Below are positions 6,996-14,743 of a stretch of DNA of 27,828 nucleotides, one piece after another; positions within the stretch are counted from its first letter, which is position 1, and each line of letters opens with the position of its first letter. A program made the translations under genes and the position numbers. Below the pieces are notes generated by a model, which had not been told where the DNA came from, did not search any database, and saw only the letters and a program-made list of their open reading frames with translations. The stretch comes from a virus (lineage: Duplodnaviria; Caudoviricetes): positions 1-27,828 of the IMG/VR virus record IMGVR_UViG_3300042195_000056; one strand, given 5' to 3'.

Positions 6996-7613
6996 AGACC
7001 AATTCTGATCACCGGATGTCAGCGTTCCGGAACCGCATACACATCAGCGTTGTTTACCGCGTCTGGGCATTGGTGCTCACACGAACGGTTCTACAACGAA
7101 CACGCCCAATACCCGCTCAGACCAGAGACGATCGAGTCCAGCCACGCAGCCGCACCATTCCTAGCCGACATCCCCGAGGACACGCTCGTGGTCCACCTCG
7201 TACGCCACCCACTAGCGGTGGTGTCGTCGCTGCTGGCGAACCGCAAATTCTCAGGCAAGAAACCAGCGTCGGTGAAGTTCGCCCGCAAACACGCACCACA
7301 GATCCTGAACGAGAGCGACAACGAACTACAGGCTGTCATGCGGTATTGGGTGGAATGGAACGCCTTAGTAGATCCGGTCACGAGCGTCACATGGCGGCTC
7401 GAAACGTTCACGCCTGGCGAGGTGATGTTTGCGCTTGACGTGACGGGCCGCACATGGAATGTCGGAAACGTTCGGAAGGCGTTCGCGATAGTTCCGGAGT
7501 CAGTGAACGCGTCAACCCGTGACATCAAACAACTCACGTGGGACGACATTCCCACAGGCGCACTCGGATCACAGTTGAGGACTGCCGCGCGACGGTACGG
7601 TTATGACGCATGA
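6993..7613 (+). CDS. PAPS-dependent sulfotransferase-like protein
   Basis: ILITGCQRSGTAY (5'-PSB loop), SHE, and VVHLVRHPLAVVSS (3'-PB motif). Confidence 0.75.
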   Translation: MRPILITGCQRSGTAYTSALFTASGHWCSHERFYNEHAQYPLRPETIESSHAAAPFLADIPEDTLVVHLVRHPLAVVSSLLANRKFSGKKPASVKFARKHAPQILNESDNELQAVMRYWVEWNALVDPVTSVTWRLETFTPGEVMFALDVTGRTWNVGNVRKAFAIVPESVNASTRDIKQLTWDDIPTGALGSQLRTAARRYGYDA

Positions 7614-8338
7614 GCGCACACGTATCTGTAGCGATCATGGCCCACCCTGCCCGCAAACGATTCATCCCTGCGCTACAGGCTGCGCTTGACCGTGACGCAG
7701 AAGTGGTGTGGGACCGATGGAGCGACAGGTGGGACACCGGCTCGCGGTCGATGCTCGCCTACACCGCTGAGGCGACACATCATCTTGTCGTGCAGGATGA
7801 TGCGATCGTGTGCCGCGATCTCGTAGCGGGTCTAGAACAAGCGCTCAACGCGCTAAGCGACCAGCGTCAGCCGACACCGCTGTGCCTGTACCTGTCGAAG
7901 CACTCACCGTACCTACAGCGATCCCACACATGGCCCAGCAACGTGACGTGGTTGCGTAAAACCGGCATGGCTTCCGGTGTGGGCATCGTCATGCCTGTTG
8001 AGCTGATTGAGCCAGCGATAGCGTGGGGGAACCCGCGTCGGGACATCAAGAACTACGACACCCGCATAGGCCGGTTCCTGCAATCCCAGAGCGTGTTGAC
8101 GTGGCATCCTTGGCCGTCGCTGGTGGATCACCGTAACTCGCCGTCGTTGGTAGCAGGCAGGGGGCAGCGTGGCCGTTACGCGTCAAGGTTCCTCGGCGTC
8201 GATAATTCCGCGCTGGATGTTGACTGGGCAGGCGGGGAAGTCCGCGACATTGCGGCACCGATCAGGCAGCGCCGTGTGATCCGGGCGGGGGTGCAGCGTG
8301 GAAGTGTCCGTCGCGGTAATGGCTCATCCAGCTCGTAA
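7610..8338 (+). CDS. putative GT-A fold glycosyltransferase (GT25-like), paralogue 1
   Basis: HHLVVQDDA acidic motif, YDTRI and PSLVDH; ATGA-coupled. Confidence 0.65.
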   Translation: MSAHVSVAIMAHPARKRFIPALQAALDRDAEVVWDRWSDRWDTGSRSMLAYTAEATHHLVVQDDAIVCRDLVAGLEQALNALSDQRQPTPLCLYLSKHSPYLQRSHTWPSNVTWLRKTGMASGVGIVMPVELIEPAIAWGNPRRDIKNYDTRIGRFLQSQSVLTWHPWPSLVDHRNSPSLVAGRGQRGRYASRFLGVDNSALDVDWAGGEVRDIAAPIRQRRVIRAGVQRGSVRRGNGSSSS

Positions 8339-8978
8339 AGCATCTGTTGGACGCCTACTCGGGGCGCTTGATGCACATGTGCCTGTGGTGTGGGACACCG
8401 GGCGGCCGTCGTTGAATGCCGAGAAACGGTGGCTCAACGGTCGGCGGGCGTGGGAATCTGCCGACACATCTGCTGACTTTCACCTTGTGGTGCAGGATGA
8501 CGCGATCCCATGCGCTGATCTCCTGGACTCGCTGCCGCGTATTTTCGAGAACGCGCCGGGGCCGGGGCCAGTCAGTCTGTACATGGGTGCACGGTCAGGC
8601 CGAGGGGATGTGCATCGCCTCATCAAACGAGCCGAAAACCAGCAGGCCGCGTTCATAGGGTTGCCGTTGCTGGGGTGGGGGGTTGCGTTCGCTGTAGCCA
8701 CGAACGAGATCGGCGACATGCTTGCCGTGTGCGATGCATCGAACGGTCAACCGTATGACCTGCGAATCGGCAAGTATTTCCGCGATATTCGACACGTCCC
8801 GACCTGGTACACGTTCCCGTCGCTGGTTGACCACGACACAGGGCAACGTTCACTCGTCGGCCATGTCGGTTCACACCGACGGGCGTATAAGGCTTTACGT
8901 GGATCGGCTTGTGATGTCGACTGGGGCGCGGGGTTTGTGGAGGATGAACGCGCACCGGGAGCACGTAAGCGGAGATGA
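8298..8978 (+). CDS. putative GT-A fold glycosyltransferase (GT25-like), paralogue 2
   Basis: VSVAVMAHPARK, FHLVVQDDA, YDLRIG and PSLVDH are all shared with the upstream gene. Confidence 0.65.
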   Translation: MEVSVAVMAHPARKASVGRLLGALDAHVPVVWDTGRPSLNAEKRWLNGRRAWESADTSADFHLVVQDDAIPCADLLDSLPRIFENAPGPGPVSLYMGARSGRGDVHRLIKRAENQQAAFIGLPLLGWGVAFAVATNEIGDMLAVCDASNGQPYDLRIGKYFRDIRHVPTWYTFPSLVDHDTGQRSLVGHVGSHRRAYKALRGSACDVDWGAGFVEDERAPGARKRR

Positions 8979-9043
8979 TTCCATTTCCATCCTGTACGAT
9001 CGGCGGCAAAGCGACCGACCCGTGTTGGGACAGGAGCAGTGCA

Positions 9044-10813
9044 ATGGAATTGAATAACCTCCCGGCTGGTGAGGAGCTGACCTCGTTCCTCGCGGACCAG
9101 TCCGACGAAGACCTCAACGACCTTACGGAGTCGTTGAAGGCTGCGATGCTGGAGACGTTCGGCGACGGAAAGAACCTCTCTGGTGAGGACGTCGAAAAGC
9201 TGGAGACCTATAAGGCTCAGCTTGACGCCGCGCAGTCGACGATCACGCAGCGCGCCGACGACAAGGCAGAGTTGTCGTCAAAGGCAGCGAGCATCATGGA
9301 TGGGGTTGTTGACCCCGACCCTGAAGACGAAGACGGCGACACAGACGACGCGGGCACCGATACCGACAACGACAGTGGGGACGGGGCCGACGCGTTGGAA
9401 ACCGAAGACGGCAAAGCGCTTGTGGCGTCGGTGTCGAAGTTCCTGGACACTGTCGCTGACAAGGTCGTCATGTCTGAGGGCGCGGGTGGGCGTGACCTTA
9501 ACCGCCATATCCGGCTTGCTGACATCGCCCGACACGCACCGGATGCGAAGGTGCCGGTGTCCCGCACCGAGCCGGTGATTATAGCGTCGGCTGAGATCAA
9601 CGGTTTCACGCAGGGCGGCAGGATCAACGGCTATGCCGAGTTGGCGAGAGCTGTTCACAATCGCGCGAAGTCGATGTCCGTCGAGAAGGCTGGCCGTGCA
9701 GCGTCCCGGAAGATTGTCGCATCGCTGCAGCGGGAGTACACATACACCATCGGTCGGCAGCCAAGCGCTGAGGAGATCAGCGAAATTCTTAGGCTTGCCA
9801 CCGACGTTGAGGCTCTGGTCGCCTCGGGTGGTTGGTGCCGACCGTCTGAGTTCAGCACCGACTTCTTCAACGTCGTCGCCGAGGCGGGGATGCTAGATCT
9901 GCCATCGGTTGGTACAGCGGAATCCGGCGGCATCCAAATGCCCACCTCACCGTCGTTCGGTGACGTCATCGACTCGCCAGGTTTGTGGACGTGGACCGAA
10001 ACGAACGACATTGATGCCCTGTCATCGGATTCGATCATCAAGCCGTGCGTGCGTGTGCCGTGCCCCGACTTCCTGGACGTGCGGCTCGCGTGCGACGGCC
10101 TGTGTGTCACGGCCGGTAACCTGCAGGACTGGTCCTGGCCACAGTCGATTCAGAACTTCCTCCGACTGTTGATGGCGGCTCGTGCGCACCTGACGAACGC
10201 CAACATCATCCAGATTCTCATCGACGGCGGCACCGAACCCGACGACATTGGCCCGTCGATCCCTGTCGACCACACCGGCCTAATCGGTAACGCTGCGTCG
10301 GCACTGCTGCAGTCCATCGAACTCAGCGCGATCGACTACCGGACCAAGTACCGGATGAACCCGGACGCGATCCTTGAGGTCGTGCTACCGCAGTGGATCG
10401 TCGGCCCGTTCAAGGCTGACCTGGCGAACCGGACGGGGGTTGAGAACTTCCTCGCGATCTCGAATGCGCAGGTCGCGAACTGGCTCAACTCCAAGAACGT
10501 TCGCGCCCAGTTTGTGCAGGACTGGCAGACCGACCTCGCTGGGGAGATCGGCGGGCCTGACCCGGCTACCACGTGGCCCGACACGGCGGACTATCTGATC
10601 TACGCGCCTGGCACGTTCGTCCGCGCGAACGGGCTGCAGCTCGATCTCGGCGTGGTGCGTGACTCAGTGCTCAACGAGACGAATGACCACACAGCGGCGT
10701 GGATGGAAGATTGCTACCTGATCCACAAGCCTGGGCACGAGTCCCGTGTCGTGACTGTGGATCTGTGCACCGCTGGCATGACCGGCGAGGCTTCCCTCGA
10801 CTGCGCTGGCTAA
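9044..10813 (+). CDS. major capsid protein with N-terminal acidic scaffold-like region
   Basis: AGGAG RBS before ATG 9044. Helical acidic N-terminus, then ALVASGGWCRPSE and LDLGVVRDSVLNETND, typical of an actinophage capsid family (mycobacteriophage cluster B-like hexamer protein). Confidence 0.85.
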   Translation: MELNNLPAGEELTSFLADQSDEDLNDLTESLKAAMLETFGDGKNLSGEDVEKLETYKAQLDAAQSTITQRADDKAELSSKAASIMDGVVDPDPEDEDGDTDDAGTDTDNDSGDGADALETEDGKALVASVSKFLDTVADKVVMSEGAGGRDLNRHIRLADIARHAPDAKVPVSRTEPVIIASAEINGFTQGGRINGYAELARAVHNRAKSMSVEKAGRAASRKIVASLQREYTYTIGRQPSAEEISEILRLATDVEALVASGGWCRPSEFSTDFFNVVAEAGMLDLPSVGTAESGGIQMPTSPSFGDVIDSPGLWTWTETNDIDALSSDSIIKPCVRVPCPDFLDVRLACDGLCVTAGNLQDWSWPQSIQNFLRLLMAARAHLTNANIIQILIDGGTEPDDIGPSIPVDHTGLIGNAASALLQSIELSAIDYRTKYRMNPDAILEVVLPQWIVGPFKADLANRTGVENFLAISNAQVANWLNSKNVRAQFVQDWQTDLAGEIGGPDPATTWPDTADYLIYAPGTFVRANGLQLDLGVVRDSVLNETNDHTAAWMEDCYLIHKPGHESRVVTVDLCTAGMTGEASLDCAG

Positions 10814-10863
10814 TGAGCCACTCATTTGATGACGCAAGAAACCCGGAGGGGAGGGAGTAGACC

Positions 10864-11808
10864 ATGGCTAATCGTCGTCAGGAGATGACGCCGCCGATAC
10901 CTGCTCCCTCCCCGTACGGGCTGTTGACGGTCGCTTCGGAGCTTCCGGGCACGTCTCATTGGGAGCTGGGTACGACGTGGCAAGAGATCTGTCCCGTAGG
11001 GTCGCGCACCTACGATCAGTGCCTAGACCCGGATGTCGCGGAGAGTGATTCGCCTCCGACGTCGGGTGTCCCGAAACCAGATTTTGAGAGTGTGCACCTT
11101 AGGGGTGCGGCACCGTTCACCGTGTACACGAGGTTCAACTGTCCGGCTGTGGGGTTCGGCGAGGATGGTTTGCAGGATCTCACCGAACGGGCGCTTAATC
11201 GGGTGTCGTCGTTTCAGGTTGAGCAGGCATTCGCCACGGGTACCGCGTCTGGTGATCAGGTGGTGTTTCCGTTCCTGCAGTCCGACACGCAGCAGACGGA
11301 GGACATCTACCCCGGCGACGACGCGGTGATTCTCGCTCAGGCTGCCGATGTGCTCACCACCGATCTCGTGGATCCTGTGGAAGCGATCGGTCGTGTCGAG
11401 GGCGCACTAGCAGAGTGCTACAAAGCTATCGGCGTGATTCATGTCCCGACTAGGCTGCTGGCGTCGCTGGTGGCGTTTGAGGTCGCCACACTACGCAACG
11501 GCCGCTATGTGTCGCCTGCCGGTCATCTGTACGCGGTCGGCGACGGCTATCCCGGTGCGGCACCTAACGGGACTGAGACTGAGGGCCAGGTCAACATTTA
11601 TGGCACTGGTCAGGTGTGGTATCACCGCTCTGGGGTTCGGTCGTTCCCGCTGGATGAGACGCTGGATCGTACGCAGAACAGTGTGCTGACGTTGGCGGAG
11701 CGTACGTATCTGGTCGGCTATGAGTGCTGCCTGTTCACCATCCCTGTCACACTGGGTGGCGTGGTGTCAGGAGCGTTTGACGCATTCGGCGAACTCGCGA
11801 TCGAGTAA
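10864..11808 (+). CDS. second capsid protein (putative pentamer/minor capsid)
   Basis: Directly follows the MCP with a strong RBS. PYGLLTVA...HWELG, FTVY...C and N..LTLAERTYLVGYEC motifs as recalled for this family. Confidence 0.65.
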   Translation: MANRRQEMTPPIPAPSPYGLLTVASELPGTSHWELGTTWQEICPVGSRTYDQCLDPDVAESDSPPTSGVPKPDFESVHLRGAAPFTVYTRFNCPAVGFGEDGLQDLTERALNRVSSFQVEQAFATGTASGDQVVFPFLQSDTQQTEDIYPGDDAVILAQAADVLTTDLVDPVEAIGRVEGALAECYKAIGVIHVPTRLLASLVAFEVATLRNGRYVSPAGHLYAVGDGYPGAAPNGTETEGQVNIYGTGQVWYHRSGVRSFPLDETLDRTQNSVLTLAERTYLVGYECCLFTIPVTLGGVVSGAFDAFGELAIE

Positions 11809-11819
11809 GGGAGTAAGAC

Positions 11820-12500
11820 ATGTCTATGCACACACTGTGCGGGTCGCCACTGAAGGCTGAAGTGATCCGCGTCACGAGGACCGATGAGTGCGGTAACCCG
11901 ATTATCGGGTCGGGTTCGGCTCAAGTCACTAGCCGAGGTTTCATCTCGGTCGCGTCGACGCCGAACTATGAGGACGGGCAACGGTTCTTTCAGAGACGCG
12001 CAGACGGCGAAGCTTGTGTAAACGAGCTGGACGACCCGATCTTCAACTGGCTTCAGCAGGTCATTCAGGTCTGCCTCCTCGACCCCGACCTGTTGGTGAT
12101 TGTTACTGGCGGGAATCTGATCGTGACCGGCGACATCGGCACCGGACTTCAGATCGCGGAGGGCAAGGTTACGCCCCGGTTCAGCTTCGAGGTGTGGCAG
12201 AGAGCCGCTGGCGACATCGCCTGCTCTGCGGAGGGTGAGCAGCAGTACTTCTACTGGGCGTTCCCCCACGCTGGTGGGGCGCAGTTGCAGGCGTTCACTC
12301 AGCAGAACGACGTGTTTGAGTTCGGCTGGCAGCATGTGACGCACCGCTCTTCGCCGTTGTGGGATCTGGGGGATCCGTGGATGGAGGGCGGGGTGTGGGG
12401 GTTGAACCGGCACTTCGGTTACAACATCACGACTACCCCGCCGCCGGAGGCGTCTTGTGGCGCTACGGAAGTCCTTGAGCCGGAGCCCGTAGACGCTTGA
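11820..12500 (+). CDS. major tail (tube) protein
   Basis: IRVTRTDECGNP...GFISV, RADGEACVNE, FSFEVW and YFYWAFP. AGGGAG RBS; followed by a terminator. Confidence 0.75.
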   Translation: MSMHTLCGSPLKAEVIRVTRTDECGNPIIGSGSAQVTSRGFISVASTPNYEDGQRFFQRRADGEACVNELDDPIFNWLQQVIQVCLLDPDLLVIVTGGNLIVTGDIGTGLQIAEGKVTPRFSFEVWQRAAGDIACSAEGEQQYFYWAFPHAGGAQLQAFTQQNDVFEFGWQHVTHRSSPLWDLGDPWMEGGVWGLNRHFGYNITTTPPPEASCGATEVLEPEPVDA

Positions 12501-12510
12501 TCATAACGGC

Positions 12511-12540
12511 TTGACAGTTTCGCCGAGGGCGGATCATGCT
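12511..12540 (+). promoter_or_regulatory. putative promoter TTGACA-N18-CATGCT
   Basis: Perfect -35 and a near-consensus -10, upstream of two small non-structural genes. Confidence 0.5.
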
Positions 12541-12566
12541 TGATCTATCGAGCTGATCCGCCCTTT
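12526..12566 (+). terminator. hairpin terminator after the major tail gene
   Basis: AGGGCGGATCA/TGATCCGCCCT forms a perfect 11-bp stem, plus inner GCTTGA/TCGAGC; short T run. Confidence 0.7.
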
Positions 12567-12610
12567 AGGCATTCCGGCCTAGGGCTTCACCCTTGGAGGG
12601 GGTGGCCGTC

Positions 12611-12823
12611 ATGGCTGCGGGCTCGAAGACTCGTACCCGCACGTTCCCTGTGACCCGCGTCTATCCAGCCAATGCGGAGTCGTCGGAGTTCACTTCGTAT
12701 TCGGCGTTGTTGACTCGTGACGTGGTGCGGCATTTTGTGCTCGATCAGGGTGACCGGTTGTTTTGTGACGTGTGCGGCGACGACCACGAGCATTGCCCCG
12801 ACCTGAAAGCTGCGCTGTCTTAG
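12611..12823 (+). CDS. small hypothetical protein with CxxC...HC motif (70 aa)
   Basis: GGAGGGGG upstream of ATG 12611; FCDVCGDDHEHC. Confidence 0.6.
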   Translation: MAAGSKTRTRTFPVTRVYPANAESSEFTSYSALLTRDVVRHFVLDQGDRLFCDVCGDDHEHCPDLKAALS

Positions 12824-12874
12824 TCGCTGCTATGTTCGGTGTTGTACAAGTAACCCGAGATGGGAGATGGCGAG

Positions 12875-13114
12875 ATGCCAAAGGAACTGGTTTACGAGCA
12901 CGACCAGAAAGACGACGGACCCCAGCGGTACGCGAAAGTGCAATGGGGCGGCGCGTTGTCACGCGAGGTCTTCCTTGCCACTCGTGAGATGGATGCGAAC
13001 GGTGATGAGTCTGTGGGGCTCGGAACTGTCGTCCAGCTCGATCGAATGTCGATCAATGGAATGATCCGCGTTCTCCGTCGTGCCCGCGATCAGGCATTCG
13101 GCAGGGACGAATAG
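12875..13114 (+). CDS. conserved actinophage small protein
   Basis: GGGAG upstream. The C-terminal LDRMSINGMIRVLRRARDQAFGRDE matches a recurrent family of unknown function. Confidence 0.75.
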   Translation: MPKELVYEHDQKDDGPQRYAKVQWGGALSREVFLATREMDANGDESVGLGTVVQLDRMSINGMIRVLRRARDQAFGRDE

Positions 13115-13263
13115 CCGCCGTCCTAGGTGGCTGTTAGCCTCATTCCTGTACGACGCGCTGACCAGACGGTGTCTAGTCCTCTTCAGGGATCTCGTACGGT
13201 TGCCGACTGTGTCGTCATGGCTGTATCCCTCAGGTCGTACTACCTGGGGGATACGCTGTTTCT

Positions 13264-13605
13264 ATGGTCGATACGGCATTCTTGAACGCTGGCGCTGATG
13301 GCGCGGCGGTCAACCTTGAGGGCGCATGGTTCGCCCTACACGACGACGACACAGCAGGATCTCAAGTCTCGGCGGAGCGTCTACAGCCTGTGTATGACCC
13401 TGCTGTCGGCGGGGTCGCGGATATTGCGGCGACGCTCAGTTTCACAGGTGCGGCGTCGGCGGACTGTACCCATGTCGGGGTGTGGACTGATCCGGCTGCC
13501 GGTTCGTTCCGTGGGGCACGTCCACTGACGGGTGATCAGACATTCTCGGCGGACGGCACCTATGACCTTGAGAGCGCGGAGATCCCGGCAACCTTAGGGC
13601 CGTGA
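13264..13605 (+). CDS. small virion structural protein (fibre/spike-base-like)
   Basis: ALH...W/Y.PA..G...LSF...THVGVW...GSF pattern of small beta proteins often found next to fibre genes. Confidence 0.55.
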   Translation: MVDTAFLNAGADGAAVNLEGAWFALHDDDTAGSQVSAERLQPVYDPAVGGVADIAATLSFTGAASADCTHVGVWTDPAAGSFRGARPLTGDQTFSADGTYDLESAEIPATLGP

Positions 13606-13609
13606 CACT

Positions 13610-14734
13610 GTGGCTCTGCACAGCGAATACGAGTTCGAGGACGGCATCGGGTCACCGACTGTCGCTGACTCGTCAGGCAACAGCCGTGACCTGACCGTTG
13701 CTTCAGGCGTATTCACCACCGATGGACACACAGGGGATGGATTCGCCTCTGCCCCAGCCTCACCGGGCACTAATGGCGCGACCCGTGCGATGGCCAGTCC
13801 GACCGCTGCTATCACTGTCATGTCGTGGGTGTTCCCGACCGCTCTGGGCAACAACTCAGCAGCGCTGGTGTGGCACGACGCGGGCTCTACCAGGTGCGGC
13901 CTGTTTCTGCGTAGGAACGATTTCGGCCCTGGCGGTGTGGTGCAGGGAAACATCAACGTCGGCGGTCTGGTAGCGCTCGATGGTGGGGATTCTGCGCCGG
14001 TTGATGAGTGGACTCATCTGGCGCTAACCTTCGACGGCACCGACGCCATCCTGTACGTGAATGGCGTACCGGTTGATACGGCGAACCTGCCTGGTTCGAT
14101 CCCTGCGAGCACGGAGTTCGTCATAGCTGGCTGGGACTCACAGGGCGGCGTCACAGCGGACGTGGTGATCGATGATGTCCGGACCTTCGACAATGCTTTG
14201 TCTGAGGCTGAGATCAACGCCATCATCAGCGGCAGTGTCCCGAACATCGGTGTCACCGCGTTTCCGATCGTGCTGGATGTTGAGCCGTTCGGCGTGTCTG
14301 ACAAGATCGGCGCGGTGACGTTTCCGTTTCAGCTTGACCTGGATCCGTCCGGCGTTGCGCCAAGGGCAGGTTCAGTGTCGTTCCCGCTCACGTTGGACAT
14401 TGAACCTGCCGGGGTGGCACGTAGAACGGGAGCAGTGTCGTTCCCGCTGGCAATCGGCCTTGAACCGTCCGGTGTAGCTCTCAGAACTGGGGCGACTAGC
14501 TTCCCGATGGTGCTCAACCTTGAACCGTCCGGGGTGTCAGCCAAGGCCGGGGAAACCACGTTCCCGATCGTGTTGAACTTGGAGCCGTCCGGTAATAGCG
14601 CGCCGTGTGTGACCAGACCGATACAACCGTTCGCAGCTACGAGGCCAATACAGGGCGAGGCTGCTGCACGTGACCTGGTTGGCGTGTCGGCCGCGAGGCC
14701 GATCCATCCGGTGTTCCAGCCTGAGTGCAACTAG
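13610..14734 (+). CDS. LamG/concanavalin A-like domain fibre protein with 20-aa repeats
   Basis: YEFEDG.GSPTVADSSGN, ITVMSWV, WTHLALTFDG...LYVNG and IDDVRTFDNALSEAEI. Confidence 0.85.
   Translation: MALHSEYEFEDGIGSPTVADSSGNSRDLTVASGVFTTDGHTGDGFASAPASPGTNGATRAMASPTAAITVMSWVFPTALGNNSAALVWHDAGSTRCGLFLRRNDFGPGGVVQGNINVGGLVALDGGDSAPVDEWTHLALTFDGTDAILYVNGVPVDTANLPGSIPASTEFVIAGWDSQGGVTADVVIDDVRTFDNALSEAEINAIISGSVPNIGVTAFPIVLDVEPFGVSDKIGAVTFPFQLDLDPSGVAPRAGSVSFPLTLDIEPAGVARRTGAVSFPLAIGLEPSGVALRTGATSFPMVLNLEPSGVSAKAGETTFPIVLNLEPSGNSAPCVTRPIQPFAATRPIQGEAAARDLVGVSAARPIHPVFQPECN
14246..14605 (+). repeat. six tandem 60-nt (20-aa) coding repeats, consensus GAVSFPxxLxLEPSGVxxx
   Basis: FP codons at 14261, 14321, 14381, 14441, 14501 and 14561. 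Confidence 0.9.
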
Positions 14735-14743
14735 TCTGGTGCC

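Noticed and set aside
8975-9043. Longer capsid start at 8975, or a c-di-GMP-like riboswitch (GGCAAAGC)
   Set aside because: AGGAG favours ATG 9044; the remaining riboswitch consensus is absent.
13146-13199. Hammerhead ribozyme
   Set aside because: CTGACCA deviates from CUGANGA and no GAAA core is present.
14246-14605. CRISPR array
   Set aside because: The 60-nt period is in frame and degenerate at third codon positions, with no repeat-spacer alternation; it is a protein repeat.
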